From positions 4,608,001 through 4,672,000 of the forward strand of contig OY776510.1 of NCBI GenBank assembly GCA_963675665.1: a stretch of DNA of 64,000 nucleotides. Direction: 5' to 3'. Of the stretch, positions 59,982 to 64,000 are shown piece by piece; position 1 is the first letter of the stretch, and each line of letters begins with the position of its first letter. The notes under the pieces are model-generated. The model worked only from the letters and a program-made list of their open reading frames with translations, searched no databases and was not told the DNA's origin. The translations under genes and the position numbers were made by a program. Source of the DNA: Spirochaetia bacterium. Its GTDB lineage: Bacteria; Spirochaetota; Spirochaetia; UBA9216.

Positions 59982-62900
59982 AAAACTGACTTCCCTGCCG
60001 GGTTATCAACTCTTCGTCCCTTTCCGTCAGCGGAACACGCTTTCCCTTCGAATCATAGATGGTTAAATCAAGCGCAAGACCTCTGAGTTCCTGAACAAGA
60101 ACATTGAAAGATTCAGGCACGCCGGCGCTTGATGCAGGCTCGCCCTTCACGATGCTTTCATATATCTTGGCCCTTCCTGCCATATCATCTGATTTAATTG
60201 TTAGCAGTTCCTGAAGCGTGTTGGCCGCGCCGTATGCTTCAAGCGCCCAGACTTCCATTTCTCCAAGTCGCTGACCGCCGAACTGAGCCTTACCGCCAAG
60301 AGGTTGCTGGGTTACAAGCGAGTATGGTCCGGTTGAACGGGCATGCATTTTGTCGTCAACAAGATGATGAAGTTTAAGCATGTAAACCATACCGCAGAAT
60401 ACATCATTCTCAAACGGAACACCGGTACGGCCGTCGCGCAGCATTGTCTTGGAAGAAACCGGCAGACCCGCTTCCACGAGCTTTGCTTCAATCTGCTCAT
60501 TTGATGCTGACTGGAAAACCGGAGTTGAGTACCATTCACCAAGTTTTGCACCGGCCCAACCCAGCTCTGTTTCCAGTATCTGACCAAGGTTCATTCGGGA
60601 AGGAACACCAAGCGGGTTCAGACAGATATCAAGCGGAGTTCCGTCAGCCATATAAGGCATATCCTCTTCAGGAAGAACCCGTGCTACAACACCCTTGTTT
60701 CCATGACGCCCGGCCATCTTGTCGCCTTCTCTCAGCTTTCTTTTTGTTGCTATCAATACCTTTACAACTTCATCAACGCCCGGAGAAAGATCATCTCCCT
60801 CGGAACGTCTTAGTCTCTGCACATCGATAACAGTGCCTTCCACACCGTGAGGAAGACGCAGCGAAGTGTCGCGCACTTCTTTTGCCTTCTCACCGAAAAT
60901 TGAATTCAGAAGCTTGAATTCCGGTGTGGTTTCAGTTTCCGACTTCGGAGTAACCTTGCCGACAAGAATATAACCCGACCCGACCTTTGCGCCGACCCGG
61001 ATAATCCCTTCTTCATCAAGCTGATCAAGGGCTTTTTCATTTACATTCGGAATATCCCGCGTAAGTTTCTCGGGACCAAGCTTGGTTTCCCTGACATCTA
61101 CGCTGAATTCCTTTATATGAATAGAGGTAAAAATATCCTCTTTTACAACCTTTTCAGATATAAGAATAGCGTCCTCGTAGTTATAACCGTTCCAGGGAAC
61201 AAATCCCAAAAGAACGTTTCTTCCAAGCGCAAGCTCACCCTGATATGTTGCGGGTCCGTCCGCCAGGACAGCTCCATCACCCACTTTCTGACCGACACTG
61301 ACAAGAGGACGCTGGTTAAAACAGGTGTCCTGGTTTGTCCGCTGGTATTTCAGAAGTGTATATTCGTCGACTTCGTTCGGAGACGCGGCGTTATCCGGTT
61401 TTATAATAACCTTCCGGGAGGTTACATAGATAACCTCTCCTGCGCGTTTTGCCTTTGCAAGCACTCCCGAATCATAGGCTGTTTTGCCCTCCATTCCTGT
61501 TCCGACAATCGGCGGTTCCGGAAAAACCAGAGGTACAGCCTGACGCTGCATGTTCGAACCCATCAGCGCACGGTTGGCATCATCATGTTCCAGGAACGGA
61601 ATCAGGGATGTTGCAACCGAAATAACCTGCTTGGGCGATACATCCATATACTGAATTTCTTCAGGGGCCTTTGCAACATAATCTCCTGCTTTTCTTACGG
61701 ATACAAGCTCATCCCTGAAGCGCCCTTTAGCATCTATTCGTGCATTACCCTGAGCTACGAAGTATTTCTCTTCATCCATTGCGGACAGGTATTCAACCTC
61801 ATCGGTTGCTTTTCCTTTCACAACCTTTCGGTAAGGTGTTTCGAGGAAACCGTAATCATTAACACGGGTGTAATTTGCAAGAGAAACTATAAGACCGATA
61901 TTCGGGCCTTCCGGCGTTTCAATCGGACACATTCTTCCGTAATGGGTATAGTGTACATCACGAACCTCGAATCCGGCCCTGTCCCTTGACAGACCTCCGG
62001 GCCCAAGCGCATTCAGCCGCCTTTTATGAGTCAGTTCTGACAACGGATTTACCTGATCCATGAACTGGGACAGCTGGGACGAGCCGAAGAATTCCTTGAC
62101 AGCGGCAACAATCGGTTTGATGGAGATAAGATCCTGCGGTTTTACAGTATCAGTTTCCTTCATCTGCATGCGTTCCTTGGCTATACGTTCCATTCTTGTA
62201 AATGCGGTTTTCAGCTGGTTTGCAAGAAGCTCGCCTACAGAACGGACACGCCTGTTTCCAAGATGATCAATATCGTCTACATTGGACTCGCCTATATATA
62301 CCTTGATAAGAAAAGCCATTGTATTAACAATGTCCTCTCTTGTCAGAATAGACTCTTCAAGCGGTTCTGGATAATCAAACTTCTTGTTCAGTTTATAACG
62401 CCCTACACGACCAAGATCATATCTTCTTGTGGAGAAAAACATTGTTTCAAGATCTTTCTGTGCGCTTTCTATTGTTATAGGTTCTCCGGGCATCAGGACC
62501 GAATAAACAGAGATAATTGCATCATCCCTGGTCGGCTCGTCTATCCCGGGCTCGTCTCTGGTAAATTTTGAATCTTCCCGCTCAAAACAGTTAAGTATTA
62601 TCTGCGAATGAAGCGAATCGGGGTTACTGTCGTCAATTACATCAACCTCTGAAACTCCGGAATGATGCAGCTCGTCTACATCATGGGGATGAAGTTTTTC
62701 ACCTGCACGATAAAGCTTTTTGGTTTCGCCTTCCGCTTCAATATATACAGCGCGGGCAAGAACCTTGCCGAACAGCCCCTCTTTGACTTCTTTATCATCG
62801 GAAACTGCCATTTTAACGGGTTTGTAGAAAATATCTATTATTTCTTCCCGTGTTTTATAGCCTAAAGCTCTCAGAAACAAAGTGCCGAGAATTCTCTTTT

Positions 62901-63480
62901 TCCTGTCAATCTTTGCGTATATAAGCTCTTTCTTCTGATCTATTTCAAATTCAAGCCATGACCCTCTGTACGGGATAATCCTTGATGAATAAACTCCCTT
63001 TTCATGGGAGAAAATAACACCCGGGGACCGGTGAATCTGGCTGACAACTACGCGCTCGGCGCCGTTTATTATAAATGTTCCCCTTTCAGTCATCAGGGGA
63101 ATATCGCCGATATAGATATCTTTTTGCCTGATCTCGCCCGACTCAGTAAAAAGCAGATTTATTCTTGCCTTTATGGGAACAGCATAGCTTATTCCCTTCT
63201 GCTTGCATTCCGCTTCAGAAAACTTCATGTTTTCTTCATCCAGAAAATACCTGTCATATTCAAGAATCATATCGCCGTTTGGACTTTCTATCGGAAAAAT
63301 CGCCTGAAATACTTCCTCCAGCCCCATGTTTTCCGGAAGCTGCTTATTGCCCACCAGTTCACGCTGAAGAAATTTCTCATACGATGAAAGTTGAATACCA
63401 ACCAGATTCGGAAGATCCAGAACCTCGTAATACTCCATTCCTAAATATGTTCTCTCTATGGTTTTGCCGTTATTAAGCAT
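59980..63480 (-). CDS. rpoB: RNA polymerase beta subunit
   Basis: [38 protein letters not shown]; ATG 63480 fits the GGAGG RBS (ORF open from 63486). Confidence 0.99.
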   Translation of the reverse strand: MLNNGKTIERTYLGMEYYEVLDLPNLVGIQLSSYEKFLQRELVGNKQLPENMGLEEVFQAIFPIESPNGDMILEYDRYFLDEENMKFSEAECKQKGISYAVPIKARINLLFTESGEIRQKDIYIGDIPLMTERGTFIINGAERVVVSQIHRSPGVIFSHEKGVYSSRIIPYRGSWLEFEIDQKKELIYAKIDRKKRILGTLFLRALGYKTREEIIDIFYKPVKMAVSDDKEVKEGLFGKVLARAVYIEAEGETKKLYRAGEKLHPHDVDELHHSGVSEVDVIDDSNPDSLHSQIILNCFEREDSKFTRDEPGIDEPTRDDAIISVYSVLMPGEPITIESAQKDLETMFFSTRRYDLGRVGRYKLNKKFDYPEPLEESILTREDIVNTMAFLIKVYIGESNVDDIDHLGNRRVRSVGELLANQLKTAFTRMERIAKERMQMKETDTVKPQDLISIKPIVAAVKEFFGSSQLSQFMDQVNPLSELTHKRRLNALGPGGLSRDRAGFEVRDVHYTHYGRMCPIETPEGPNIGLIVSLANYTRVNDYGFLETPYRKVVKGKATDEVEYLSAMDEEKYFVAQGNARIDAKGRFRDELVSVRKAGDYVAKAPEEIQYMDVSPKQVISVATSLIPFLEHDDANRALMGSNMQRQAVPLVFPEPPIVGTGMEGKTAYDSGVLAKAKRAGEVIYVTSRKVIIKPDNAASPNEVDEYTLLKYQRTNQDTCFNQRPLVSVGQKVGDGAVLADGPATYQGELALGRNVLLGFVPWNGYNYEDAILISEKVVKEDIFTSIHIKEFSVDVRETKLGPEKLTRDIPNVNEKALDQLDEEGIIRVGAKVGSGYILVGKVTPKSETETTPEFKLLNSIFGEKAKEVRDTSLRLPHGVEGTVIDVQRLRRSEGDDLSPGVDEVVKVLIATKRKLREGDKMAGRHGNKGVVARVLPEEDMPYMADGTPLDICLNPLGVPSRMNLGQILETELGWAGAKLGEWYSTPVFQSASNEQIEAKLVEAGLPVSSKTMLRDGRTGVPFENDVFCGMVYMLKLHHLVDDKMHARSTGPYSLVTQQPLGGKAQFGGQRLGEMEVWALEAYGAANTLQELLTIKSDDMAGRAKIYESIVKGEPASSAGVPESFNVLVQELRGLALDLTIYDSKGKRVPLTERDEELITRQGSQF

Positions 63481-63608
63481 CACCACCTCCCTGATTTTGG
63501 AAAGCTAATCAAATTCCGCATCCATTTTCAACGGTTTCGGAATTTGATTTCTGGACATTTTCACAACTTTAACAATTATGAAAATCTCCATATTCGTCCT
63601 TTAAATGC

Positions 63609-63640
63609 AACAAAACCCACCGGGAGCGCAGTCCCGGTGG
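63609..63640 (-). terminator. Terminator/attenuator between rplL and rpoB
   Basis: CCACCGGGA-ctgcgc-TCCCGGTGG followed by GTTTTGTT. Confidence 0.7.
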
Positions 63641-63677
63641 ATACTAGAGTCATTTTTCTGTTAAGTTCCGCAGTCGA

Positions 63678-64000
63678 CTATTTAATTTCAACAACGGCGC
63701 CGGCAGCCTCAAGTTTTTCCTTCATCGAAGCAGCTTCTTCTTTTGAAACTCCTTCTTTGAGGGCTGATTCTCCGCCTTCTACAAGCTCTTTGGCTTCTTT
63801 AAGGCCGAGACCTGTAATACCGCGAACTTCCTTGATTACAGGTATCTTCTGTCCGTCTGCAAAACCCTTCAGAACTACGTCAAACTCTGTCTGTTCTTCA
63901 ACAGCTTCAGCTACGGCAGCACCGGGTGCTGCAGCAACTGCTACAGGAGCTGCAGCGGTAACACCAAATTTCTCTTCCATGTCAGAAATGAGCTCTGAAA
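63678..64000 (-). CDS. rplL: 50S ribosomal protein L7/L12, 5' end outside the window
   Basis: [30 protein letters not shown]; frame continues to the window edge (SELISDM). Confidence 0.97.
   Translation of the reverse strand, partial: SELISDMEEKFGVTAAAPVAVAAAPGAAVAEAVEEQTEFDVVLKGFADGQKIPVIKEVRGITGLGLKEAKELVEGGESALKEGVSKEEAASMKEKLEAAGAVVEIK

Noticed and set aside
55978-61989. Long plus-strand ORFs antisense to rpoC/rpoB (also those opposite tuf, dnaK and the coiled-coil gene)
   Set aside because: Typical antisense shadows of conserved genes; no recognisable motifs

Overview
Core chromosomal region of a spirochaete, most likely a free-living Spirochaetales member (inferred from gene order and protein sequences). 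Left to right: partial PSP1/RicT, yaaR-like, bactofilin and M23 peptidase (minus); tatD-dusB and a partial purine cluster purF-purM-purN-purD-purE (plus); a long minus-strand run (rlmB-like, secreted DxNxDG-repeat protein, dnaJ-dnaK-grpE, 1105-aa coiled-coil protein, HAD hydrolase, a five-gene TPR / OM barrel / ExbB / ExbD / TonB-like operon, NlpC/P60-like protein, MerR, der, ptsI); a GerMN gene behind a perfect sigma28-type promoter; Dabb, tlyA, ymdB, rny; a 1285-aa membrane protein with a large Glu-rich repeat tether; then the alpha, spc and S10 ribosomal clusters, tuf, rpsG-rpsL (no fusA), rpoC, rpoB and partial rplL. I found no tRNA, rRNA, CRISPR array or transposase. The most unusual signals are (1) recurring intergenic hairpin modules that keep the same loops and junctions (CA-TCCG-TG; GAAG..GC-TCT-GC..CTTCAC) with largely different stem sequences, placed on stop codons; (2) the TonB/ExbBD-like motor operon with an apparently plug-less barrel and a 960-aa TPR protein; (3) the acidic VNTR membrane protein with a sigma28-like promoter. 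All family calls come from motif recognition by eye, not database searches.
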